Of a DNA stretch of 24,000 bases, positions 1 to 7,190 are shown piece after piece; position 1 is the first letter of the stretch, and the number at the start of each line of letters is the position of its first letter. The translations under genes and the position numbers were made by a program. The DNA lies in NCBI GenBank assembly GCA_021161995.1, contig JAGGZO010000073.1, forward strand, positions 1 to 24,000, written 5' to 3'. The notes below the pieces were generated by a model. It did no database searches and had not been told where the DNA came from. It saw only the letters and a program-made list of their open reading frames with translations. The DNA is from Candidatus Aenigmatarchaeota archaeon (GTDB lineage Archaea; Aenigmatarchaeota; Aenigmatarchaeia; CG10238-14; SpSt-28).

Positions 1-745
1 GATCATCTGTATTTTTCATGTTGTTTTTGATTCCGTTGTAAAAAGCTAGCTTAGCTTCCGTGAATATGTTTATTTTAGATATACCAAGCTTTATCGCTCT
101 TTTTATTTGATCATCTGGTATGCCAGAACCACCATGTAGAACAAGTGGTATTTTTACCATTCTTCTTATTTTCTTTAATCTCTTAAAATCCAAGTTGGGT
201 TTTCCTTTGTATAATCCATGAGCATTTCCTATACTTATTGCTAACATATCTACTCCAGTTTCTTCTGCAAATATTTTTGCATCCTCAGGGTCAGTCATAT
301 TGTTTTTTTCCGATTTGTTCCTTCCTATTATACCAATTTCACCTTCTACTGTTATTCTTTCATCTTTTTTCTTTGCTATTTTCACAGCTTTTTTTGTTAG
401 TTTTATGTTTTTTTCAAATGGGAATAAAGAGCCATCGAACATTATAGAAGTGAAACCGTTTTTTATCGCAATTTTTACGACTTCAAGAGATTTTCCATGG
501 TCTAAATGTAAAGCAAGTTTTGATTTAGATTTTTTTATCATTGAAATTACGCTAGGTACTATTTGTTCTGGTTTAAAATATTTTGTTAGAGTGGATTCGC
601 TCATTTGTACTAACGCAGGTGATTTAAGTTTTTCAGATGCTTCTATTACAGCAATCGTACTCTCGATATTAAATATGTTGAAACCACCAACCGCGTATCT
701 CTTCTTCATAGCTTTTTTTATGAGCTGGTTTGAATAAACTAGCAT
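1..745 (-). CDS. fba: Class II fructose-bisphosphate aldolase family protein; the C-terminus runs off the window edge
   Basis: Not in the supplied ORF track because it runs off the window. My minus-strand translation from ATG 745..743 gives MLVYSNQLIKKAMKKRYAVGGFNIFNIES...HLDHG...SIMFDGS...EGEIG...LAISIGNAHG...LHGGSGIP. These are the Zn-ligand and active-site motifs of class II FBA/tagatose-bisphosphate aldolases. The plus-strand ORFs 238..447 and 300..737 are low-complexity antisense artefacts. Confidence 0.8.
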   Translation of the reverse strand, partial: MLVYSNQLIKKAMKKRYAVGGFNIFNIESTIAVIEASEKLKSPALVQMSESTLTKYFKPEQIVPSVISMIKKSKSKLALHLDHGKSLEVVKIAIKNGFTSIMFDGSLFPFEKNIKLTKKAVKIAKKKDERITVEGEIGIIGRNKSEKNNMTDPEDAKIFAEETGVDMLAISIGNAHGLYKGKPNLDFKRLKKIRRMVKIPLVLHGGSGIPDDQIKRAIKLGISKINIFTEAKLAFYNGIKNNMKNTDD

Positions 746-780
746 AAAATAATCTATTGTTATTGCAAATTAATTGTTGC

Positions 781-2130
781 TTATTTGTTATTGGATGATA
801 ATAGTGCTACAAATATTCCTGATGAAAGTGTGTCGCCAAGGCCTACTGTTATTTTTGGGTTTTCTACCATTCTTGTCGGTAAAAATCCTATTGAATACTC
901 ATAATTTTGTCTTATTTTATTAAGCTCATTTTCTATTTTCAAACCATTTATGTTGAACGGTACTTTCATTCCAACCATAAAGTCTGATACTGAAACAATT
1001 CCGCCTAATGCCGCTTTAGTAGCTGCTAATATACTTCCAAAATTTAGTGCGTTTGTTAGTTCTGCTTCTTCATATTTTTTGCTTATTAGTAGCATGTAGT
1101 TGTATGTATGAAGTTGAATTCCTTCAAGGCTAAAAACATCTATTAAATCAATCAAATTTTTTATAACATTGCGAATATCATTTTCATCAGTTCTAGTTCG
1201 AAATACAGAATATATAACATCATTCAGTTCAACATTGTCCATTCCAACATAATCCACTACAGGGAATATTTCATCAATCATATACTTTCTTATTTCTTCA
1301 TTTGGTAGCGATGCCATTTCCATATGTATTTTTAAGCTTCTATTTTTCCTTTTTAGTTTTCTTAAGTCCTCTGAATTTTTAGAGATATAATATTCAAAAG
1401 TTAGCCCATCAGAGTATTTTTCTTTTATTGAATGAAATCCAGACACGAAAGCGCCGTCGACATGCTTTCCCAGATCTTCTAAATGATCTGAAAGTTTTCT
1501 ATCAAAACATATTCGTACTTCATCTGGTCTTGATGCCACTATAAACCTACTGGAGTTTTTTGCTATTATTTTTTCTTCATCCAAATTTATGCTAGTACCC
1601 TTTGTGTACTCAAATATCCTGTTTATTTTTGGTTTAATTTTTTCATCAGCCGCTTCTTCCACTTTTTTTAGTTCTAGCTTACCGTTTGTTATGGTTGGAT
1701 AAAAAATATTTCTTTTTTCCATTAGGTCGGTTATTTGTTTTGGTAATGGATTAGTATAAAATATTATCTTTTTTAGACACAGGACGCCCATCAAATTAGC
1801 TACTATTCCAGCCTGTCCACCAATTCTCTCGTAACCAGTTCCTATGAATGAATCAAACCATTCATTTAGTTTATCGTTTCCTAATGGTATTTCCTTTGGT
1901 TTGCCTTCTTTGAATGCAGAAAGAAAAGCTGCAACAAAATCTTCCTTAGTCCTTATCGTTTTTATGTTAAATTCCATCAATCGCTTGACTTTTTCTTTAT
2001 CTACATTATCTATTATTCTTTGGATTTCACTTTTACTCAAGTGTTTTATTGAATCTATGTTTGCATTGAATGCAACAAGTAATGAAAGATTTGCTACCTG
2101 GTTTAATGTTTCATAAAAACTTCTTAGCAT
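781..2130 (-). CDS. ADP-dependent sugar kinase (ADP-dependent phosphofructokinase/glucokinase family)
   Basis: 449 aa. Contains GGQAGIVANLM, VGMDNVEL and a C-terminal TVGLGDTLSSG (GxGD) motif, as in the archaeal ADP-PFK/GK ribokinase-like family. The start lies 1 nt after the tpiA stop. I cannot decide PFK versus GK specificity by eye. Confidence 0.8.
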   Translation of the reverse strand: MLRSFYETLNQVANLSLLVAFNANIDSIKHLSKSEIQRIIDNVDKEKVKRLMEFNIKTIRTKEDFVAAFLSAFKEGKPKEIPLGNDKLNEWFDSFIGTGYERIGGQAGIVANLMGVLCLKKIIFYTNPLPKQITDLMEKRNIFYPTITNGKLELKKVEEAADEKIKPKINRIFEYTKGTSINLDEEKIIAKNSSRFIVASRPDEVRICFDRKLSDHLEDLGKHVDGAFVSGFHSIKEKYSDGLTFEYYISKNSEDLRKLKRKNRSLKIHMEMASLPNEEIRKYMIDEIFPVVDYVGMDNVELNDVIYSVFRTRTDENDIRNVIKNLIDLIDVFSLEGIQLHTYNYMLLISKKYEEAELTNALNFGSILAATKAALGGIVSVSDFMVGMKVPFNINGLKIENELNKIRQNYEYSIGFLPTRMVENPKITVGLGDTLSSGIFVALLSSNNK

Positions 2131-2131
2131 T

Positions 2132-2812
2132 TTATACTCCTTTTATCGTTTTGATTATTTTTTCGAGGAACGATTTTTTATTTCTTGATTTGACAAATGC
2201 ACTGGCAATCAAGACACCTTCAGTTCCCAATTCTAAAGCAGCTTTTACGTCTTCAGCTGAAGATATACCAGCCCCACATAGAGGAATCGCATCTGAATTC
2301 CTCTTCACTATATTGACGAATTTCTTAACATCATTTGACTTTGCTCTGGAGATTGGTATACCAGTCCCTATTAGTTTTGGGTCTTCGAATGCTATGTATG
2401 TTGGACTTAATTTAGCAATCTTTTTGGCTTCTTTTAAGTTTTCGACACACACAAGGGATTTTAACGAAAATTTGTTAAGAATTTCTATCACATTTTTTAT
2501 CTCCTGTAGTTTCATTCTATCTTCTGAGTGATTTATTATACTACCCTTTACACCAATTTTTTTCAGATAGTAAGGAACAATTTTCCCTGTGCTCTTGCCC
2601 GGTTCAACAGGATCTACATGTTGTGAAAAAAGCTTAGTGTTTTTAAGATATTCTGAAACACATTTCAAATCTAAAGTGTTCGGGGCTAGAATAAATTCAG
2701 CGTATCGCTTATGTTTTTTGGCAGTGATTTCAACTGTTTTTGCTATAGAAAGAGAATTTTCCATTGACGATTTTTTATAAGTTTTTAGGTTTAGTGCTAT
2801 TATTGGCTTCAT
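2132..2812 (-). CDS. tpiA: Triosephosphate isomerase (short archaeal type)
   Basis: 226 aa. It has the N-terminal IALNLKTY motif, the IINHSE catalytic region, IGTG and CGAGISS. The length is typical of archaeal TIM. Confidence 0.85.
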   Translation of the reverse strand: MKPIIALNLKTYKKSSMENSLSIAKTVEITAKKHKRYAEFILAPNTLDLKCVSEYLKNTKLFSQHVDPVEPGKSTGKIVPYYLKKIGVKGSIINHSEDRMKLQEIKNVIEILNKFSLKSLVCVENLKEAKKIAKLSPTYIAFEDPKLIGTGIPISRAKSNDVKKFVNIVKRNSDAIPLCGAGISSAEDVKAALELGTEGVLIASAFVKSRNKKSFLEKIIKTIKGV

Positions 2813-2847
2813 GAAAAAAATTAGTTTATGATAAAGAAATTCTTTAA

Positions 2848-3699
2848 GTGAGACTGAAAGATTTGCTCAAGGATAAAATTCCAGACAAACTTTTGAGTAA
2901 AGTACCCGGTAGTTTTGAGATTGTTGGTAGTAGGGAAAAAGCTGTAGCAATTGTTGAAATAGGCGATGAATTAGATATTTACAAACATGAAATAGGAAAG
3001 GCTATAGCTCAGATAAACAAAAATGTCAAAATTGTCTTAAGAAAAACCAGCGAGAGAATAGGTGAATTTAGGATAAGAAAATACGAAAGAATATATGGAG
3101 AAGGTGATACTGAGGTTATCCATAAAGAGTATGGATATTTGATAAAAGTAGATCCCACTAAAGCGTATTTTTCTTCGAGAGAGTCTGCAGAAAGACAGCG
3201 AATAGCTTCAATGGTTAAACCGGGTGAAAGAATACTTGTGATGTTTTCTGGTGTTGCACCTTTTGCAATAGCAATAGCAAAAAAGCAGCCATTTGTTAGA
3301 GAAATTGTTTGTGTTGAGAAAAATCCTGATGCGCACAGATATGCAATAGAGAATGTTAGGCTAAACAAGCTTGAAGATAAAGTAAAATGCATCAATGGAG
3401 ATGTCAATGAGATATGTCCTAAATTTGGAGAGAAATACTTTGATCGAATCTTAATGCCTTTGCCTAAAGGTGCGTATGAATTTTTAGATATAGCAATTCC
3501 ATCGATCAAAAAGCATGGTATATTACATTTCTATTATTGGGGTGAAGAGCCAATAGAAAAAACCATAGAAAGAGGCTTTGAACTAATAAAAAATGCAGCA
3601 AACAAAATTTCTAGGAAGGCTAATTTAATTTCGGGTAAAAAAGTATTGCCTTATGCTCCTAGAGTTTGGAAAGTTGTAATAGATGCAGAAATCGTTTAA
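2848..3699 (+). CDS. trm5: tRNA (guanine37-N1)-methyltransferase Trm5 / Met-10+ family class I SAM methyltransferase
   Basis: 283 aa with a GTG start. It contains YFSSRESAERQRI, the SAM-binding loop ILVMFSGVAPFAI and DRILMPLP, which are characteristic of archaeal Trm5/Taw22. Confidence 0.75.
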   Translation: MRLKDLLKDKIPDKLLSKVPGSFEIVGSREKAVAIVEIGDELDIYKHEIGKAIAQINKNVKIVLRKTSERIGEFRIRKYERIYGEGDTEVIHKEYGYLIKVDPTKAYFSSRESAERQRIASMVKPGERILVMFSGVAPFAIAIAKKQPFVREIVCVEKNPDAHRYAIENVRLNKLEDKVKCINGDVNEICPKFGEKYFDRILMPLPKGAYEFLDIAIPSIKKHGILHFYYWGEEPIEKTIERGFELIKNAANKISRKANLISGKKVLPYAPRVWKVVIDAEIV

Positions 3700-3729
3700 T
3701 TATGTTTTAATTCAAAATATCTTTAGTTT

Positions 3730-3815
3730 GCGGGGGTGCCCGAGCATGGTCGAAGGGGGTGGGTTCAGGCCCCACTGCCGTAGCGGCTCCCTGGGTTCAA
3801 ATCCCAGCCCCCGCA
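3730..3815 (+). tRNA. tRNA-Leu(CAG), class II with a long variable arm; no intron and no encoded CCA
   Basis: Hand-folded cloverleaf. Acceptor GCGGGGG/CCCCCGC. Anticodon stem GTGGG/CCCAC with loop TTCAGGC. Variable arm GCCG-TAG-CGGC. T-arm CTGGG-TTCAAAT-CCCAG. Discriminator A. It is a GC-rich island in AT-rich DNA. Confidence 0.9.
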
Positions 3816-3893
3816 TAGAATAGTATTTCAGCTATTTGTGAAAAAGAAAGAGAAAGCAAACAAATACAAGTGGGAGGTGCTTCTGTCATTCAC

Positions 3894-3998
3894 TTAAAGT
3901 TCTTCTTCGTCTTCCCATTCTTCCTCTTCTTCATCCTCCCAGAGGTCTTCTTCTTCTTCGTCTTCCCATTCTTCCTCTTCTAGCCAGAGGATCTTCAT
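3894..3998 (-). CDS. Hypothetical 34-aa hyperacidic Trp-repeat peptide (MKILWLEEEEWEDEEEEDLWEDEEEEEWEDEEEL)
   Basis: Below the ORF-track size cutoff; I translated it by hand. An ATG start is preceded by GAGGTG (4011..4006), 7 nt upstream, which complements the archaeal anti-SD. An AT-rich TATA-like element lies about 40 nt upstream, and a T-rich tract follows the TAA stop on the minus strand. There is no homology evidence. Confidence 0.4.
   Translation of the reverse strand: MKILWLEEEEWEDEEEEDLWEDEEEEEWEDEEEL
3900..3990. repeat. Tandem direct repeat: a 31-bp perfect copy at 51-bp period, plus a conserved CCAGAGG tail
   Basis: ttcttcttcgtcttcccattcttcctcttct occurs at 3900-3930 and again at 3951-3981. 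Each copy is followed by ccagagg (3939-3945 and 3984-3990). The repeat encodes the duplicated EEEWEDEEEE...LW unit of the small ORF. Confidence 0.9.
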
Positions 3999-4030
3999 GA
4001 AAGAGCACCTCAGTTAGATTTTGTACGTTG

Positions 4031-4050
4031 GGGATATATATATTTTACCT
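4031..4050. promoter_or_regulatory. Putative shared, near-palindromic TATA element for SRP RNA (+) and the small acidic ORF (-)
   Basis: gggatatatatattttacc lies about 25-35 nt upstream of the SRP RNA 5' end at 4071, and about 25-30 nt upstream of the expected minus-strand transcription start just above the SD at 4011. Confidence 0.4.
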
Positions 4051-4070
4051 TTTATGCAAAATACAATTTA

Positions 4071-4352
4071 GGTGGGGCCAACGGCGGGGGGTTAGGCCTC
4101 CCCTCTGGTCTTGTGCCAGGGCAAACGGTCTATACGGCCGCCGTAGTCCGGGAGCGGTCTTAGCCCTCTCAGGAACCCCCATGGAGCCTGAGAAGCTCTC
4201 TACCACAGGGCCGGTGCATCAGTGAACCGGGTCAGATCGGGAGCGAAGCAGCCCTAAGCTGATGTACCGGTGCTTGTGGTTTTGGGAGTGGAGGTATTCC
4301 ATGGGGATAAATTCCCGAGGGGGTTGAGATCCATCCCGGACATGCCCCACCT
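4071..4352 (+). ncRNA. Signal recognition particle RNA (archaeal 7S/SRP RNA)
   Basis: A GC-rich island of about 280 nt. The 5' GGTGGGGC pairs with the 3' GCCCCACC. An internal CCGGGTCAGATCGGGAGCGAAGCAGCC resembles the universally conserved helix-8 motif (compare E. coli 4.5S CAGGUCAGGUCCGGAAGGAAGCAGCC). A T-rich tract follows the 3' end. The 65-aa ORF 4028..4225 is an artefact inside it. The ends are approximate, within a few nt. Confidence 0.8.
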
Positions 4353-4391
4353 CTCATTTATTTTAAATTATTAACATCGTAATGGATTTCT

Positions 4392-5195
4392 ATGAAAAAG
4401 ATTTACATGAAAAAAGATGCTCAAAGCATACTTGTTTTTACCCTGATTGTTTTGATCATGATTAATACGTTTGCTGTGGTTTACACTTTTGTGTATTTGC
4501 AAAATCTGGAAAGAAATTATTCATTTGTTAGAAAACCTATTTTTGAAATAAAACAAGCACAGAAACCAAAAGAAATCAACTTAACTGGAGAACATGTCGT
4601 TGAAATATTTGTACCAGCTGTCGATAATGAAGGCAGGGGATCTATGGTCAAAATTAGGGTTGAAGCACAACCAGGTCATGGTAGAACCTTAGTAAATGTT
4701 GATAATCTCTTGTTCTGGGTTGATACACAGCACTCCATAAGGGTAGCTAAAAAGGTCGCTGAGCAAATAACTGGTATTGATACTTCTAGTGTTGACCTTA
4801 TATATACTGTTGAAAGCAATGCTAGTGTAGTTGAAGGACCATCTGCTGGAGCAGCTATTACTATAGCAACAATTGCTGCATTGGAAAACAAAACAATAAG
4901 CAAAAACGTGACAATAACTGGAACGATAAATCTTGATGGTAGTATTGGACCCGTTGGTAGTGTTATAGAAAAAGCAGAAGTTGCCAAGGAATACGAATTC
5001 AACCTTTTTTTAGTTCCACTAGGCCAAGGAACAACAGTTTATTATGAACCTCATGTTACTTGTGAAAAATACGGTATGGTAGATTTTTGTACTACCGAAT
5101 ACAAACCGAAAAGAATAGATGTAGGTAATCAAACAGGAATAAAAGTTATTGAAGTTGGTAGTATAGAAGAAGCGTTAAAATACTTTCTTCAGTAA
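4392..5195 (+). CDS. Membrane-anchored S16 peptidase (Lon C-terminal proteolytic domain only, no AAA+ module)
   Basis: 267 aa. It has an N-terminal TM helix (ILVFTLIVLIMINTFAVVYTFVYL), then VEGPSAGAAITIATIAAL (catalytic Ser) and ITGTINLDGSIGPVGSVIEKAEVAK (catalytic Lys region). Confidence 0.7.
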   Translation: MKKIYMKKDAQSILVFTLIVLIMINTFAVVYTFVYLQNLERNYSFVRKPIFEIKQAQKPKEINLTGEHVVEIFVPAVDNEGRGSMVKIRVEAQPGHGRTLVNVDNLLFWVDTQHSIRVAKKVAEQITGIDTSSVDLIYTVESNASVVEGPSAGAAITIATIAALENKTISKNVTITGTINLDGSIGPVGSVIEKAEVAKEYEFNLFLVPLGQGTTVYYEPHVTCEKYGMVDFCTTEYKPKRIDVGNQTGIKVIEVGSIEEALKYFLQ

Positions 5196-5205
5196 ATGTT
5201 AATTG

Positions 5206-5757
5206 ATGAGCTTATTCAGTGAAAAAGAAGCATTACAGATTATAGTTGCTTCCATATTTGTTGGTCTGATTTTTTCTTATCCGTCATTTGAATCGGTAGA
5301 AATAGTTAAGTATACATTATTTTATCTTGTCGCTTTAACAGGAAAAACTCTTATAATGAAGAGAATAGCTTTTCTGAATGGTTTAGGAACTGAATTCAAA
5401 ATTTTCATTCCATCCATGATTTTTTCTTTATTTTTGCTTCTTTATGGCCTTAAGATACCGATTCCAGGATACTTTTCGTTTGGTTCATTCAAATTTGGTA
5501 GGTTCAAGTTTTTTAGTAAGTATCCAAGCGTTAATGAAGTTGGCAGAGTTGTGACTAGGGGCATATTTTTTAATATACTCCTGGCTTTCTTTGGAGTTGT
5601 TTTTAACTCAAGGGAATTTATAGTAATAAATATCTTGCAGGGTTTAACTTCATTAATACCGTTCTTGCCTTTTGAAGGTGGAGCCGTGTTTTTCTACGAC
5701 TATTTTATATGGCTAGCTTTGATGATGCTTAGTTTAATAATTCTGATTTTTGGTTAA
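5206..5757 (+). CDS. Polytopic membrane protein, possibly a degenerate site-2-protease (M50)-like protein that lacks HExxH
   Basis: The track starts it at TTG 5203; the ATG is at 5206. The C-terminal INILQGLTSLIPFLPFEGGAVFF resembles the M50 motif NxxLxxFNLLPxxPLDGG. No HExxH is present at the expected place (TGKTLIMKRIAFLNG instead). The family assignment is a by-eye inference. Confidence 0.35.
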   Translation: MSLFSEKEALQIIVASIFVGLIFSYPSFESVEIVKYTLFYLVALTGKTLIMKRIAFLNGLGTEFKIFIPSMIFSLFLLLYGLKIPIPGYFSFGSFKFGRFKFFSKYPSVNEVGRVVTRGIFFNILLAFFGVVFNSREFIVINILQGLTSLIPFLPFEGGAVFFYDYFIWLALMMLSLIILIFG

Positions 5758-5762
5758 TTATT

Positions 5763-6212
5763 ATGAGTTTACCAAAGTGGTTTGTTCATGATGTTATGCA
5801 TTTTATGGTTGGTCTATTGGTATTTCTACTTCTTTGGATCGCTGAAGACCCTTACAATTATCACTACAAGCTTAGATACTTGATATTAACGGTATTCTTA
5901 GGAGCTTTTATGCCAGATATAGATCATCTTATCTATCTAAAAATTCATAGATTCAAGAGTTTTGGTGAGTTTATAGAAAGAAACATTAAGAGTGATAGGT
6001 TGAGAAGAGGATTCCTCGTTTTTCACAACATATTTTTCATGTCATTTTTAATGTCTTTCATTCCAATAGTTTACTTGATTAACCCTCTAACTAGCTATTT
6101 TTTTCTGGGTTTTCTCGCACATTTGATACTAGATTTTATGGATGACAAACTTCTCATAAATACCGTAGAGCACTGGAAAAACATCAAAAAATTTCTGAAA
6201 AACGTTGCGTAG
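5763..6212 (+). CDS. YdjM-like membrane-bound metal-dependent hydrolase (DUF457-like)
   Basis: 149 aa with multiple TM helices and His/Asp motifs: VHDVMHF, MPDIDHL, FHNIFF, LAHLILDFMDD. Confidence 0.5.
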   Translation: MSLPKWFVHDVMHFMVGLLVFLLLWIAEDPYNYHYKLRYLILTVFLGAFMPDIDHLIYLKIHRFKSFGEFIERNIKSDRLRRGFLVFHNIFFMSFLMSFIPIVYLINPLTSYFFLGFLAHLILDFMDDKLLINTVEHWKNIKKFLKNVA

Positions 6213-6248
6213 AATTTTTAATTTGATTACTAAAACAATTCTATTATT

Positions 6249-6319
6249 GGGCCCGTAGTCTAACGGTAGGACGCTGCCCTCACACGGCAGAGAACCCGGT
6301 TCAACTCCGGGCGGGCCCA
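6249..6319 (+). tRNA. tRNA-Val(CAC)
   Basis: Acceptor GGGCCCG/CGGGCCC. D-arm GTCT-AACGGTA-GGAC. Anticodon stem CTGCC/GGCAG with loop CTCACAC. T-arm CCCGG-TTCAACT-CCGGG. Discriminator A. ORF 6129..6323(-) is an artefact across it. Confidence 0.9.
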
Positions 6320-7153
6320 TCATTCTCTGTAATACAAAAACAGTTTAACATCTCTTATGTCATAAAATGCTTCTCCATTAACGTAAAACTCTATAGTATT
6401 GTCACCAGCTTTTATTACAGATTTATCTATTTCTATTTCATTTGTTCTACTGAATGGTCTCTTATTGTAAATAATTTTATCGTTTATTTCAATTACCAGA
6501 TTGGATGTTTCCAAAGAAGGAAATTTCTTGAACGATAATTCTGCTAGTTCAGACTTTTCTAGAATGTTTTTATCTACATAGAACGAAAATTCCTCCTCTT
6601 CAGTTTCTGTTGTAGTTGTTATTGTTTTTGCATAGTCTAGCAGGTAAACAGCTCTCATCCAGAACTTCCATCCAGGATTTGTTGCTTTTATCTTCACATA
6701 GTTGCTTTCTTGTTTTAAGTAACTAAGAGGTATTTTTATGGTGTATATACCTGGTTCTGCTCTTTTTGACCAAAGTTTTACATCATTCACGTATATCTCC
6801 AAATTGCCTGCGTTGTTAGTATCTCTAACTAAAAATTCTAACATTACTTCTTTGGTTTGATTTGTTTTATCTGGTAGAATTAAACTTATGCTTTTCTCTG
6901 AAAAATAACCTTTCTCTACACTAACAGAGTTCACCTCATCAATTGTCTTAGTTTCGTTTGATAAAGATATGTTTACCTGAGCTGCTATGAAAACAGAAAA
7001 TTTGGATAATTTTTCAGAAATATCAGTTTTGTTAGTAATCTTTTCTGGAGTTGTGACTTCTTGTTGGGTAAAGTAAATGGCTAAAACCATTATGAATATC
7101 ACAGATCCTAATAGTATGAATGCAAATTCATCCAGTGTTTTTTGACCTTTCAT
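6320..7153 (-). CDS. Hypothetical secreted or membrane-anchored protein with an internally duplicated beta-rich domain
   Basis: 277 aa. It has an N-terminal signal-anchor FAFILLGSVIFIMVLAIYF. Two related segments are present: NLEIYVNDVKLWSKR...YVKIKA and NLVIEINDKIIYNKR...NTIEFYV. Several N-x-S/T sequons occur. I recognise no family. Confidence 0.6.
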   Translation of the reverse strand: MKGQKTLDEFAFILLGSVIFIMVLAIYFTQQEVTTPEKITNKTDISEKLSKFSVFIAAQVNISLSNETKTIDEVNSVSVEKGYFSEKSISLILPDKTNQTKEVMLEFLVRDTNNAGNLEIYVNDVKLWSKRAEPGIYTIKIPLSYLKQESNYVKIKATNPGWKFWMRAVYLLDYAKTITTTTETEEEEFSFYVDKNILEKSELAELSFKKFPSLETSNLVIEINDKIIYNKRPFSRTNEIEIDKSVIKAGDNTIEFYVNGEAFYDIRDVKLFLYYRE

Positions 7154-7190
7154 ATCAATAATTAAGTTTTAGTGTTCACAAAATTTATTT

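Noticed and set aside
238-737. Plus-strand ORFs 238..447 and 300..737 from the track
   Set aside because: They are Phe/Leu/Ser-rich low-complexity translations. The opposite strand encodes a clean class II aldolase with all its catalytic motifs, so these are antisense shadow ORFs.
3870-3983. A plus-strand 37-aa Phe-rich ORF (GTG start) antisense to the acidic micro-ORF
   Set aside because: It has a GTG start, and the GGAGGTG overlaps the start codon itself rather than preceding it. The poly-Phe product looks like the mirror image of a GAA/GAG-rich coding strand. It is less plausible than the minus-strand ORF, but it is not formally excluded.
3900-3990. The tandem repeat as a CRISPR-like array or minisatellite
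   Set aside because: There are only two copies. The repeat is in frame with a small ORF, there is no spacer-repeat alternation, and no cas genes are present in the window.
4028-4225. A 65-aa plus-strand ORF (MGIYIFYLLCKIQFRWGQRRGVRPP...)
   Set aside because: It lies across the GC-rich SRP RNA. Its Arg/Gly/Pro-rich translation is what a GC-rich structural RNA gives by chance.
4071-4352. Alternative identity of the GC-rich RNA as RNase P RNA or another large ncRNA
   Set aside because: A length near 280 nt, terminal 5'/3' pairing and the GGUCAG...GAAGCAGCC helix-8-like motif fit SRP RNA. I saw no RNase P CR-I/CR-V-like signatures. A covariance-model scan would settle it.
6129-6323. A 64-aa minus-strand ORF overlapping tRNA-Val
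   Set aside because: Its Gly/Pro-rich N-terminus is simply the reverse translation of the tRNA. The remainder is antisense to the 3' end of the YdjM-like gene.
6320-7153. Class III (prepilin-type) signal peptide in MKGQKTLDEFAFILLG...
   Set aside because: The KG-Q start is superficially pilin-like. However, the residues after the putative cleavage site are charged (QKTLDE) before the hydrophobic stretch, which does not match the archaeal prepilin pattern as I know it. I keep it as an ordinary signal anchor.
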